Below, piece after piece: positions 22,169 through 33,670 of a stretch of DNA of 38,160 bases. This DNA is from Chiloscyllium plagiosum. Its lineage: Eukaryota. The stretch's first letter is position 1. The number at the start of each line of letters is the position of its first letter. The DNA lies in NCBI RefSeq assembly GCF_004010195.1, contig NC_057749.1, positions 10,712,409 through 10,750,568 of the forward strand, in the 5' to 3' direction. The position numbers were made by a program, and so were the translations under genes. Below the pieces are notes generated by a model. The model had not been told where the DNA came from and made no database searches. It worked only from the letters and a program-made list of their open reading frames with translations.

Positions 22169-22409
22169 AGCCAACTTGGGCCACCTGAACAGTAAGATGG
22201 AATGGCGTGGGGCTAAAGATTGTGAACACACCCAATTGACAAGTGGGTCAAAGGAAGGAGGAGGTTACAGAGCTTGGGAGGGGACAGCAAATGAACACAC
22301 AGGCTGAGTTCCAGTAAAAAGGTGAATATTTTGAACCCAAAGTTCAGGGAGATGATGATGGATCTTAGGAGTTTGGTGAGAAAGAGGTGCTGATCAATGG
22401 TTGGGTCTC

Positions 22410-22700
22410 GGGCAGCACTGTGGCTCAGTGGTTAGCACTGCTGCCTTACAGTGCCAGCGACCTGGGTTCAATTCCCAGGTTTGACTGACTGTATGAAATT
22501 TGCACATTCTCCCCATGTCTGCATGGGTTTCCTCCCACAGTTCACAGGCCAGGTAAATTGGCAATGCTAAATTGCCCATAGTGTTAGGTGCATTACTCAG
22601 GGGTAAATGTAGGGGAATGGGTCTGGGTGGGTTACTCTTCGGAGGGTCAGTGTGGACTAGTTGGACCAAGTGGCCTGTTTCCATACTGGAGGGAATCTGA
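22410..22700 (+). mobile_element. V-SINE (HE1-like)
   Basis: ggcagcactgtggctcagtggttagcactgctgcc head, V-domain, tail. Confidence 0.88.
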
Positions 22701-23439
22701 TCCTAGTGTAGGACTGGATATAGCCCTGCATGGGGTGAAGAACATCCAAGAGGGAGTCAGTAAAGAGAGAGTGGTAAAGTGAAGGCAATGGGAGAGTATA
22801 GTATAACGGCAGACTGGGGTAGGGCATGGGGATGAGCCATGTGTGGTCTGTACTTGTTCTGATTTCTGATGTTTTTCAATCCCATTGAACTTGATGGCTT
22901 ATTTCTGTCCCTACATTTTACGATCTAACAGTATAAGCGACGATGGATTAGGTTAGGGACCAGCCAGCCATGGAATGAGACACTCGAAATTCGGCTCAGA
23001 AGGAGACAGAGCACCGAGGACGTAGTGGACAAACAGCCGAGGGAGGGAGCAGGTTAAGGGGGAGGGGGTGAAGCAAGGAATTTCTGGTTCTCAGCAAGGA
23101 GCTGCAGAGAGGCAGCTTGGAGAATCAAAAACAACGGAGAGGAAATTGTGGCCGACAATCAGATTTGAAAGTGGAGAGGGAGTGGGAGCAGCGAAAGATC
23201 TGATGTTGGAAAATCAAATACTTTAATGGAAACATTGAAGTGTCGACATGTTGAAACTCCAGTCAGCATCGCTGCTTGAATGGGGTTGAACAGAAAGTCT
23301 TTGAGCTGATTACAAAGGCACAAAGAGAGCCCTGATTGATCAGGGCAGTGGGCTGAGCCATCAATATGAGGCAAGCAGAAAAATCGATATGCATCAACGA
23401 TGCATCAGGACAAAACAGCCAAGGATGCTTGAGTCTAAT

Positions 23440-23780
23440 GTTAAATCGAACCGAGTAAGCAGATTGCCAGGTCAAAGGCTCTCCAAATAGCATCCAACCC
23501 AGACTCACCCCACTACCCTATCCCTGTAACCCCTCATATCCCATGGATCATCCATCTAACCTGCACACCCCTGGACACTACGGGCAATTTCCTATGGCCA
23601 ATCCACCCTAACCTGCACATCTTTGGACTGTGGGAGGAACTGAAGCACCTGGAGGGAATTCACACAGACATGGGGAAAATGTGCAAACTCCACACAGACA
23701 GACACCCAAGGGTGGAACCAAACCCGCATCTCTGCTGCTGTGGGGTCGCAGTGCTAACCACTGAGTCACTGTGCCACTCC
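23440..23780 (-). mobile_element. V-SINE (HE1-like)
   Basis: Reverse complement of head, V-domain and tail. Confidence 0.85.
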
Positions 23781-23929
23781 ATGATGGAAAATATATCGAT
23801 ATTGCATTGATAAAAACCTAAATAACATTGGTCTCCCCTTTCCCCAAACCCTTCCACCAATCTCCATCCTGTTTTACCATCTTTTGAGCATTTTAGGGAA
23901 ATCCATACCTTGCAAAGTAATATTTTCAG

Positions 23930-24170
23930 TGAAAACAAACACAGCAAAATGTTGGAGATACTCAGTAGGTCTGGCAGCATTTGTGCAGAGATACAGGAGT
24001 TAGTGTTTCAAGTTGAGTATGGCTTTTCCTCTTCAGTGGCCTGAAGAATAGTCACTAGACTCGAATCACTAACTTTTGTTTCTCTCTCCACAGATTCTGT
24101 CAGACCTGGTGAGTTTCTCCAGCACTCTCTGTGTTTGTTTCAGATTTCCAGTACCCACAGTATTTTTTCA
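23930..24170. mobile_element. Old fold-back Penelope pLTR-derived element (third subfamily)
   Basis: Imperfect palindrome centred near 24038: aaacaaacacag...ggagatactca..aggtctggcagcatttgtgcagag / ctctccacagattctgtcagacctggtgagtttctcc...tgtgtttgttt. CTGAAGA occurs on both strands at the centre. Confidence 0.65.
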
Positions 24171-24874
24171 TATTTCAAAAATATACGTTATTCATAAAAA
24201 ATATCTTTGTACTAATACATTGTCACAAACACAGTTCGGTCTGTACCGTAGCATATCAATTGAACAAACAAGCATTTGAGTTTGGCTCTATCCAAACAAA
24301 CCAGAGGCATCTCTCACATATATTTTGCTTTTATTCAAGTGTTTTTAGCTTGATTGGCCCGAGTAGCTCTGGTCAGCACGGACGGGTTGGACCGAAGGGT
24401 CTGTTTCCATGCTGTACATCTCCATGACTCTATGACTAGCACATTGCTCTGTGACAGAGGCTAGGATCTGGAGACTGTCCTTTGCAGTTAATGATTCTGA
24501 GCCAATGTTATTGGATAGGCAGTGACATCTTTTCTCATTTTAATCACGTTATCATCCTCATTCCCAATTTTCCTACTTTTCCCTAGAGTCTTGCTGGGAT
24601 CTAGATCATCCCTTTGACACTTTCCCCATTCAAAATACTTAATGTACTCCACTTGGAGGCGCCCATTGAATCCTTCCCTTTGCTCCCATGCTCTCTGCAA
24701 ACTATCTTCAAAACAAAATGGGACAGAGCAGTTTTGGAAACAACTTGGCCCCACATGAGCACTTTGCCAGGGAATTCTGTCTCCAGTGCTCAGGATCACA
24801 GGACGTTTAACATGAAGCAATTCTGGAAATCTCACCCCATTCTGAGGAAGTAAAGCAGGAGGGGCTCCTGGTTA

Positions 24875-27106
24875 GAACAAAGAACAAAGAAAATTACAGC
24901 ATAGGAAAAGGTCCTTCGGCCCTCCAAGCCTGTGCCAATCCAGATCCTCTATCTAAACCTGTCGCCTATTTTCTAAGGACCTGTATCCCTCTGCTCCCTG
25001 CCCATTCATGTATCTGTCTGGATACATCTTAAATGACGCTATCTTGCCTGCCTCTACCACCTCCGCTGGCAATGCGTTCCAGGCACCCGTCACCCTCTGC
25101 ATAAAGAACTTTCCACGCATATCTCCCTTAAACTTTTCCCCTCTCACCTTGAACTCGTGACGCCCGCTAGGAATTGAGTTCCCCACTCTAGGAAAAAGCT
25201 TCTTGCTATCCACTTTGTCAATACCTCTCCCAATTTTGTAGACCTCAGTTAGGTCCCCTCTCAACCTCCGTCTTTCTAATGAAAACAATCCTAATCTATT
25301 CAATCTCTCCTCATAGCTAGCATTCTCCATACCAGGCAACATCCTAGTGAACCTCCTCTGCACCCTCTCCAAAGCATCTACATCGTTTTGGTAATGTGGC
25401 GAACAGAACTGTACGCAGTATTCCAAATGTGGCCGAACCAAAGTCCTATACAACTGTAACATGATCTGGCAACTCTTTGTACTCAATACCCCGTCCGATG
25501 AAGGAAAACATGCCGTATGCTTTCTTGACCACTCTATCGAACTGCGTTGCCAACTTCAGGGTACAATGGACCTGAACACCCAGATCTCTCTGTACATCAA
25601 TTGTCCCAGGGCTTTCCCGTTTACCATATAGTTCGCTCTTGAATTGGATCTTCCAAAATACATCACCTCGCATTTACCCAGATTGAACTCCTTCTGCTAT
25701 TTCTCTGCCCAACCCCCAATCTATCTATATTCTGCAGCATTCTCTGATAGTCCCTTTCACTATCTACTACTAAACCAATCTTAGTGTCATCTGCAAACTT
25801 GTTAATCAGACTACCTATACCTTTCTTATGGGTGGCACGGTGGCACAGTGGTTAGCACTGCTGCCTCACAGCACCAGAGACCCGCGTTCAATTCCCGCCT
25901 CAGTCCGTGTGGAGTTTGCACATTGTCCCCGTGTCTGCGTGGGTTTCCTCCGGGTGCTCCGGTTTCCTCCCACAGTTCAGAAATGTGCAGGTTAGGTGAA
26001 TTGGCCATGCTAAATTACCCCTAGTGTTAGGTGAAGGGTTAAATGAATGGTTCTGGGTGGGTTGCTCTTCGGAGGGTCGGTATGGACTTGTTGGACCGAA
26101 GGGCCTGTTTCCACACTGTAAGTAATCTAATCATTTATGTATATCACAAACAAAAGTGGTCCCAGCACGGATCCTGTGGAACACCACTGATCACAGTTCT
26201 CCATTTTGAGAAACTCCCTTCCACCACCACTCTGTCTCCTGCTGCCCAGTCAGTTCTCTATCCATCTAGCTAATACACGCTGGACCCCATGCAATTTCAC
26301 GTTCTCCATCAGCCTACCATGGGGAACCTTATCAAGTGCTTTACTGAAATCCATATACATGACATCAACAGCCCTTCCCTCATCAATCAACTTTGTCACT
26401 TCCTCAAAGAATTCTATTAAGTTGGTAAGACATGACCTTCCCTGCACAAAACCATGTTGCCTATCACTGATAAACCCATTTTCTTCCAAATGTAAATAGA
26501 TCCTATCCCTCAATATCTTCTCTAGCAGATTCCCTACCACTGACGTCAGGCTCACTGGTCTATAATTACCTGGATTATCCCTGCTACCCTTCTTAAACAT
26601 TAGCAATTCTCCAGTCCTCCGAGACCTCACCTCTGTTCAAGGATGCTGCAAAGATATCTGTTAAGGTCCCAGCTATTTCCTCTCTCACTTACCTCAGTAA
26701 CCTGGGACAGATCCCATCTGGATCTGGGGACTTGTCCACCTTAATGCCTTTTAGAATACCCAACACTTCCTCCCTCCTTATGCCGACTTGACCGTGAGTA
26801 ATCAAACACCTATCCCTAACCTCTACATCTGTCATGTCCCTCTCCTTGCTGAATACTGATGTAAAGTACTCATTGAGAATCTCACCCATTTTCTCTGACT
26901 TCACACTTAACTTTCCTCCTTTGTCCATGAGTGGGCCAACCCTTTCTCTAGTTACCCTCTTGCTCCCTATGTATGAAAAAAAATACTTTGGAATTTTCCT
27001 TAACCCTATATGCTGAAGATACTTCATGACCCTTTTTAGTCCTCTTAATTTCTCATTTCAGATTGGTCCTACTTTCCTGATATTCTTCCAAAGCTTCTTC
27101 TGTTTT
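24875..27106 (-). mobile_element. CR1 LINE (HER1-like), 5'-truncated, RT domain, frameshifted
   Basis: ORFs 26689..27027, 26250..26630 (GNYRPVSLTSVVG...QHGFVQGRSCLTNLIEFF...YMDFSKALDKVPH), 25446..25673 and 24953..25486 (LYRTLVRPHLEYCVQF) are all on the minus strand. FADDT-type motif near 25790. Confidence 0.95.
25830..26133 (+). mobile_element. Full-length V-SINE (HE1-like) inserted in the CR1 LINE
   Basis: Intact head gggtggcacggtggcacagtggttagcactgctgcctcacagc through to the tail gtaatctaatc. LINE sequence lies on both sides. Confidence 0.92.
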
Positions 27107-27399
27107 CAGTCATTGATCTGTTTTCTGTTGGTTATACAGAACCCAAATCTAATCTGACAGTCCTGTGGAGTACCGAGGGAGTGCCACACACTGTCAGAGG
27201 TGCTGTCAATAAATTGAGGCCTCTTGGGTGGACATAAAAAGTCCCGTGCCACTATTGCAAAGAAGAGTAAAGGAATTATTCTGGCCAATCTTTATCCCTC
27301 TATCCACACCATAAAGTATAGATTATCATGTCATTATCAGGTCTAAAACTGCTAGAAATATGTCCTGGGGATATGGGTTCAAATTTCTCCTCTTTTTAC

Positions 27400-27970
27400 T
27401 CAGACATGGGATGAGTGCATCGCTGGCTCGGCCAACATTTTATTGCCCATCCATCCTTGCCCAAAGAGCAGTTAAGAGTTAATTGTAGAAAAAGGTCTGG
27501 AGTCACAAGTAAGCCAAGATTAGAGCCATGTTGGAAAAGCACAGCAGGTCAGGCAACATCTGAGGAGCAGGAAAATTGACATTTTGGGCAAAAGCCCTTC
27601 ATCAGGAATGAATGGTGTTCATTCCTGATGAAGGTCCTTTGCCAGAAACGTCGGTTCTCCTGCTCCTCAGATGCTGCCTGACCTGCTGTGATTTTCCAGC
27701 ACGGCTCTAATCTTGACTCTAATCTCCAGCATCTGCAGTAACCACTTCTGCCTAGCTTACATGTAGGCCAAACCGGGTCAGGATGGCAGCTTCTTTCTCT
27801 AAAGGGGCAGTAATGAACCAGATGGGTTTTCCCAACAATAGATCCATGGTCATCATTAGATTCCTAATTCCAGATTTTTATTCAATTCAAATTCTACTGT
27901 GGTGGAATTCAAGCCCAGGTCCCTGAAATGTCTCCAGATTAACTATCCAGTGATAATACGACTAGGCCTT
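27400..27970 (-). mobile_element. Shark SINE family B, interrupted by a Penelope palindrome
   Basis: ...ggtctggagtcaca [insertion] acatgtaggccaaaccgggtcaggatggcag...gaaccagatgggttt. A plus-strand family-B fragment follows at about 27985-28165. Confidence 0.78.
27515..27752. mobile_element. Palindromic Penelope pLTR pair with two back-to-back hammerhead motifs
   Basis: Inverted arms at 27515-27612 / 27618-27715 with a 5-nt spacer. Plus strand: CTGATGA (27625-27631)...GAAACGTC (27645-27652). Minus strand: CTGATGA-AGGGC-TTTT-GCCC-AAAATGTC. Confidence 0.85.
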
Positions 27971-28579
27971 CATATAAACCACATAGATGGTGAAATTTGA
28001 ACTCAATAACATCTTGAACTAAAAAGAGCCAGTCTCATGGTGATTGCCATTATAATCCTATTTGCTTCATTAATGTCCTTTGGGGAAGGAAATCTACCAT
28101 CCTTACCTGGTCTGGCTTACATGTGACTCCAGACTCACAGCAACATGGTTGACTCTTAACTGAAATGGCTCAGCAAATGACTAAGCTTGTACCTCACTAC
28201 TACAAAGTCTATTCTGTTTGTGAGAGATTGTTGTGCAGCAATTGGCTGCCAAATTTCATACATTATAACAATGGTTACACTTCAAAACCTTCCACTTCCT
28301 CAGTCACAAAGCACAGTGGGACGTCCTCAGGAACTGAATGGTTCTACAGAAATCAAGACATTTCTTTAATTTGTGTTTTGTAATATTAGCTCTCCATATA
28401 GGTATTAATTGGACAAATTAGCCATTCATTTCTTAAGCAGGTCTAATCAGAAATTCCCAGTTAATGGCTTACTGGGATTTGTTGTGTGATTTCAGCAAGT
28501 TAAGACCGTCCGCATGATGCTGTTTACACTTTGTGAGTTTTTCCAATTGCATAAAACTTTAATTTCTCTCAGCATCCTT

Positions 28580-28810
28580 AGACATGGCAGTTCAGTGCTG
28601 GGAACCCATGTTTGATTCCACCCTCAGGCAACTGTCTGTGTGTAGTTTACAAATTCTCCCCGTGTCTGCGTGGGTTTCCTCCCACACTCCAAAGATGTGC
28701 ATGTTAGGTGGATTGACCATGCTAAATTGCCTGTAATGTGCAGGCTAGCTGGGTTAGCCATGGGAAATACAGGGTTACATAGGAGTCTGGGTGCTCTTTG
28801 GAGGGTTATA
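28580..28810 (+). mobile_element. V-SINE (HE1-like), degraded
   Basis: ttctccccgtgtctgcgtgggtttcctcccacactccaaagatgtgc V-domain. Confidence 0.82.
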
Positions 28811-29534
28811 GAGACATAGACTCATTGAAATGTACAGCATGGAAACAGACCCTCCGGTCCAACCCGTCTATGCCAACCAGATATCCCAACCCAATCTAGT
28901 CCCACCTGCCAGCACCCAGCCCCTATCCCTCCAAACCCTTCCAATACCCATCCAGATGCCTCTTAAATGTTGCAATTGTACCAGCCTCCACCACTTCCTC
29001 TGACAGCTCATTCCATACATGTACCATCCTCTGTGTGAAAATGAGGCCTCGTAGGTTTCTTTTATATCTTTCCCGTCTCACCCTAAACCTATGCCCTCTA
29101 GTTCTGGACTCCTGACCCCAGGGAAAAGACTTTGTCTATTTATCCTATCCATTCCCCTCATAATTTTGAAACCCCGATAAGGTCATCCCTCAGCCTCCAA
29201 CGTTCCAGGGAAAACAGCCCCAGCCTGGTCAGCCTCTCCCTATAACTCAAATCCTCCAACCCTGGCAACATCCTTGTAAATCTTTTCTGAACCCTTTCAA
29301 GTTTCACAACATCTTTCCAATAGGAAGGAGACCAGAATTGCACGCAACATTCCAACAGTGGCCTAACCAATGTCCTGTACAGCCGTAACATGACCTCCCA
29401 ACTCCTGGACTCAATACTCTGACCAATAAAGGAAAGCATACCAAACGCCTTCTTCACTATCCTATCTACCTGTGATTCCACTTTCAAGGAGCTATGAACC
29501 TGCACTCCAAGGTCTCTTTGTTCAGCCACACTCC

Positions 29535-29897
29535 NNNNNNNNNNNNNNNNNNNNNNNNNNNNNNNNNNNNNNNNNNNNNNNNNNNNNNNNNNNNNNNNNN
29601 NNNNNNNNNNNNNNNNNNNNNNNNNNNNNNNNNNNNNNNNNNNNNNNNNNNNNNNNNNNNNNNNNNNNNNNNNNNNNNNNNNNNNNNNNNNNNNNNNNNN
29701 NNNNNNNNNNNNNNNNNNNNNNNNNNNNNNNNNNNNNNNNNNNNNNNNNNNNNNNNNNNNNNNNNNNNNNNNNNNNNNNNNNNNNNNNNNNNNNNNNNNN
29801 NNNNNNNNNNNNNNNNNNNNNNNNNNNNNNNNNNNNNNNNNNNNNNNNNNNNNNNNNNNNNNNNNNNNNNNNNNNNNNNNNNNNNNNNNNNNNNNNN
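29535..29897. other. Assembly gap (363 N)
   Basis: Run of N inside the CR1 RT region. Confidence 1.
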
Positions 29898-30646
29898 CAC
29901 TGGTCTATAGTTCCCTGGCTTGTCCTTACCACCCTTCTTAAACAGTGGCACCACGTTAGCCAACCTCCAGTCTTCCAATACCTCACCTGTGACTATCGAT
30001 GATACAAATATCTCAGCAAGAGGCCCATCAATCACTTCTCTAGCTTCCCACAGAGTTCTAGGGTAACCTGATCAGGTCCGGGGGATTTATCTACCTTTAC
30101 CCGTTTCAAGACATCCAGCACTGTAATATGGACTTTTTGCAAGATGTCACCATCTATTTCCTTACAGTCTATATCTTCCATATCCTTTTCCACAGTAAAT
30201 ACTGATGCAAAATACTCATTTATTATCTCCCCCATTTTCTGCAGCTCCACAAAAAAGCTGTCTTACTGATCTTTGAGGGGCCCTAATCTCTCCCTAGTTA
30301 CCCTTTTGTCCTTAATGTATTTGTAAAAACTCTTTGGATTCTCCTTAATTCTATTTGCCAAAGCTATCTCATATCCCCCTTTTTGCCCTCCTGATTTCTC
30401 TCTTAAGTATACTCCTACTTCCTTTACACTCTTCTAAGAATTCACTCGATCTAGTTTGTCTATACCTTACATATGCTTCCTTCTTTTTCTTAACCAACCC
30501 CTCAATTACTTTAGTCATCCAGCATTCCCTACACCTACCAGCCTTTCCTTTCACCCTGACAGGAATATACTTTCTCTGGATTCTTGTTATCTCATTTCTG
30601 AAGGCTTCCCATTTTCCAGCCATCCCTTTACCTGTGAACCCCAACC

Positions 30647-30888
30647 TGGAGTTGACACATTCTCCCCGTGTCTGCGTGGGTTTCCTCCGGGTGCTCCGGT
30701 TTCCTCCCACAATCCAAAGATGTGCAGGTCAGGTGAATTGGCCATGCTAAATTGCCCGTAGTATTAGGTGAAGGGGTAAATGTAGGGGTATGGGTGGGTT
30801 GTGCTTTGGAGGGTCGGTGTGGACTTGTTGGGCCGAAGGGCGTTTCCACACTGGAAGCAATCTAATCTAAGTAATCTAATCTAATCTA
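30647..30888 (+). mobile_element. 5'-truncated V-SINE inserted antisense into the CR1 LINE
   Basis: V-domain through (taatc)n tail. The LINE reading resumes on both sides (cctgtgaac / aacatctgcccc). Confidence 0.9.
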
Positions 30889-32114
30889 AACATCTGCCCC
30901 CAATCAGCTTTTGAAAGGTCTTGCATAATACTGTCAAAATTGGCCTTTCTCCAGTTTAGAGCTTCAACTTTTAGATCTGGTCTATCCTTTTCTATCACTA
31001 TTTTAAATCTAATAGAATTATGGTCGATGGCCCCAAAGTGCTCCCCCACTGACACCTCAGTCACTTGCCCTGCCTTATTTCCCAAGAGTAGGTCAAGTTT
31101 TGCACCTTCTCGAGCAGGTATATTCACATACTAAATCAGAAAATTGTCTTGTATGCACTTAAGAAATTCCTCTCCATCTAAACCCTTAACACGATGGCAG
31201 TCACAATCTACGTTTGGAAAGTTAAAATCCCCTACCATAACCACCCTATTATTCTTACAGATAGCTGAGATCTCCTTACAAGTTTGTTTCTTAATTTCCC
31301 TCTGACTATTGGGGGGTCTATAATACAATCCCAATAAGGTTATCATCCCTTTCTTATTTCTCAGTTCCACCCAAATAACTTCCCTGGATGTATTTCCAGG
31401 AATATCCTCCCTCAGCACAGCTGTAATGCTAACCCTTATCAAAAGTGCCACTCCCCTTCCTCTCTTGCCTCCCTTTCTATCCTTCCTGTAGCATTTGTAC
31501 CCTGGAACATTAAGCTGCCAGTCCTGCCCATCCCTGAGCCATATCAATGATCCAAAAATGTGAATCCTTCTCCCATACACCAGCTCCTCAGCCATGCATT
31601 CATTTGCTCTACCCTCCTATTCCTGCCCTCACTAGCTCGTAGCACTGGGAGTAATCCAGATATTACTACCCTTGAGGACCTCCTTTTTAAATTTCTGCCT
31701 AACTCTCTGTAATCTCCCTTCAGAATCTCAACCTTTTCCCTTCCTATGTCGTTGGTTCCAATGTGGACAATGACCTCCTGCTGACCCCTCTCCCCCGTGA
31801 GAACATTCTGCACCCTCTCTGAGACATCCTTGATCCTGGCACCAGGGAAGCACCATTCTTTTTTTTCGCTGCTGGCCGCAGAAACCCCTGTCTGTACCTC
31901 GGACTAGAGAATCCCCTAACACAATTGACCTCTTGGAACTCGATTGATATGGTCTCGATGGGCCAACTGGTCTATTTCCACAATATGGGATTCTAAGTTA
32001 ATTTGCAAGTTAAGCAGATGTGAGAGAAATCTTTTTTCACACAGCCAGAGGTTAGGATCTGTAAGTCACTGCCTAGAATTGTGGTGAAGGCATTTAAGAG
32101 GGCATTAATAATGA

Positions 32115-32373
32115 TCTAAATAGAAGCCGTGTGCATGAGTTAGCCAGGGGAAATGCAGGGTCCCAGGGATGGAGGGAGGGGATTCTGAGTGGAATGGTCT
32201 TCGGAGGGTCAGTGAGGACTCAATAGGCTGAATGGCCTGCTTCCTCCCTCTAAATAGAAGCCGTGTGCATGAGTTAGCCAGGGGAAATGCAGGGTCCCAG
32301 GGATGGATTCTGAGTGGAATGGTCTTCGGAGGGTCAGTGAGGACTCAATAGGCTGAATGGCCTGCTTCCTCCC
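32115..32373. repeat. Direct tandem duplication (134 bp + 125 bp)
   Basis: 32115-32248 and 32249-32373 are identical by eye apart from a 9-bp purine-rich indel. The unit is mostly V-SINE tail. Confidence 0.93.
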
Positions 32374-32737
32374 TGTAGGGATTCTATAATGATTCTATGA
32401 TTCCCCATCCAGAGTCTATTATAAAATATCTCAGGGCTCTCCCTCACGGCTGAAGAGAATGGAATGGGAGGGTTGGGAACTGGAGTGCAGGTCTAGGAGG
32501 GAATTGGGAGTGTTTTCCTGTAGCTCAACCTCACACAGAAATTCCTTCTGTGCACATGTAGCACGGGATCATCACAGACTTGCAGTGACAGCAAAAATGC
32601 AGGTTTCCTGAGGCATGACAAAGATGGGTTTACAATTTTTAAAAAATGCTTTGACAGGGATTCGTGTTTCTCAGACGTGAAAGAACGGGGGGACACTTCA
32701 CCTTTTTGATGGGGGTGGGGTGGTTTAAGAATCTCAC

Positions 32738-32871
32738 CTTCATCCTTGGCACTTCCTTCGTCTATCTCCACTGTCACTTTTGCCTCCCAGGATGGTGAAT
32801 GGGTGGGTTGGATGGTGGCATGGGTAACACCCTGAGCTCTCTGGTGATGTTCACCATCTGATCCACTTTTA
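32738..32871 (-). CDS. CCDC33: CCDC33 internal coding exon A (C2-like domain; phase 2 in, phase 1 out)
   Basis: Minus strand reads ctctaatgcaactttatttctcttctgtag|T AAA AGT GGA...GAT GAA G|gtgaga, with branch point, polypyrimidine tract, AG and GT. The 134 nt encode KSGSDGEHHQRAQGVTHATIQPTHSPSWEAKVTVEIDEGSAKDE, which aligns by eye to recalled human CCDC33 [44 protein letters not shown]. Confidence 0.88.
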
Positions 32872-32999
32872 CTACAGAAGAGAAATAAAGTTGCATTAGA
32901 GCTCAAATCATCAGCGTGAATCATAGAATCCTGACAGTGTGGAAACAGGCCATTCGGGCCATCGAGTCCACACCAACTCTCCAAAGAGCAGCATCTCAT

Positions 33000-33478
33000 A
33001 CAGTCATTGAGTCATAGAGTCCTACAGCATGGAGACAGGCCCTTTAGCCCAAACTGGTCCATGCCGACCAAAATGTCCATCCACGTGATCCCCATTTCCC
33101 TGCATTTGGCCCAAACCCTTCTAATCCTTTCCTATCCATGTATTTGCCCAAATGCCTTTAAAATGTTACTAATGTACCCATCTCAACCGCTGGCAACTCA
33201 TTCCATATGGGTGCCACCCTGTGTGTAAAAATGTTGCCCCTCAGGTTCCCTTTTATTCTTTCCCCTCCAACCTTAAACTGATGCCCTCTAGTCCTCGATT
33301 CCCCAACCCTGGGAAAAAGACTGAGTACATTTACCCTATCCATGCCTCTCATGATCTTTTACCCTTTGATAAGGTCCCTTCTCAGTGTCCTACGCTCTAA
33401 AGAAAACATTCTAGCTTGTCCAACCTCTCCCCATAACTCAAGCTTCTGAGTCCTGGCAATATCCTTGTAAACATCTCT
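33000..33478 (-). mobile_element. CR1 LINE 3' fragment
   Basis: ORF 33158..33352 MRGMDRVN...RTRGHQFKVGGERIKGNLRGNIFTHRVAPIWNELP, plus 3' UTR. Confidence 0.9.
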
Positions 33479-33479
33479 G

Positions 33480-33670
33480 GACCTACCCCATTCCCCATAT
33501 TCCTCATGACTAGTCCACCTGACCTGCACACCTTTGGACCGTGGGAGTAAACCAGAGCACCCGAAGGAAACCCACACAGACACGGGGAGAATGTGCAAAC
33601 TCCACAGAGACAGCCACAGGTCCCTGGCACTGTGAGGCAGCAGTGCTAACCACTGAGCCACCATGCTGCC
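33480..33670 (-). mobile_element. V-SINE (HE1-like), internally deleted
   Basis: Reverse complement head ggcagcatggtggctcagtggttagcactgctgcctcacag and V-domain. Confidence 0.87.

Larger units (their letters stand above)
27155..28365 (+). mobile_element. DeuSINE (SacSINE1-like) split by nested insertions (pieces at about 27155-27340 and 28205-28365)
   Basis: gagtaccgagggagtgcc..cactgtcagaggtgctgtc...ggtggacataaaa..tccc.tgccactattgcaaagaagag (Deu domain) resumes as tgtttgtgagagattgttgtgcagcaattggctgcc...gttacacttcaaaa...gggacgtcctcagg. Confidence 0.65.
28812..31930 (-). mobile_element. Near full-span CR1 LINE with ORF1 SGNH esterase, APE endonuclease and RT; disrupted
   Basis: 31728..31922 LGDSLVRG and 31544..31813 VHIGTNDIG (SGNH blocks I and III). 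31131..31595 GYKCYRKDR...GVALL...YYRPPNS...MVGDFNFP and 30876..31127 LDLLL...DHNSI (APE endonuclease). 29484..30250 and 29158..29529 are RT. The 3' UTR ends near 28812. Frameshifts, deletions and a gap are present. Confidence 0.95.

Noticed and set aside
25830..25900. tRNA-like sequences here and at other SINE heads
   Set aside because: They have A/B-box-like motifs but continue into the V-domain and LINE-like tail, so they are SINE heads, not tRNA genes.
29472..30035. ORFs of 138-183 aa spanning the second gap
   Set aside because: Mostly X from N bases; the real parts belong to the CR1 RT.
32493..32999. 168-aa ORF as a standalone gene
   Set aside because: Only 32738-32871 is exon; the start lies in a SINE tail and the rest is intron read-through.
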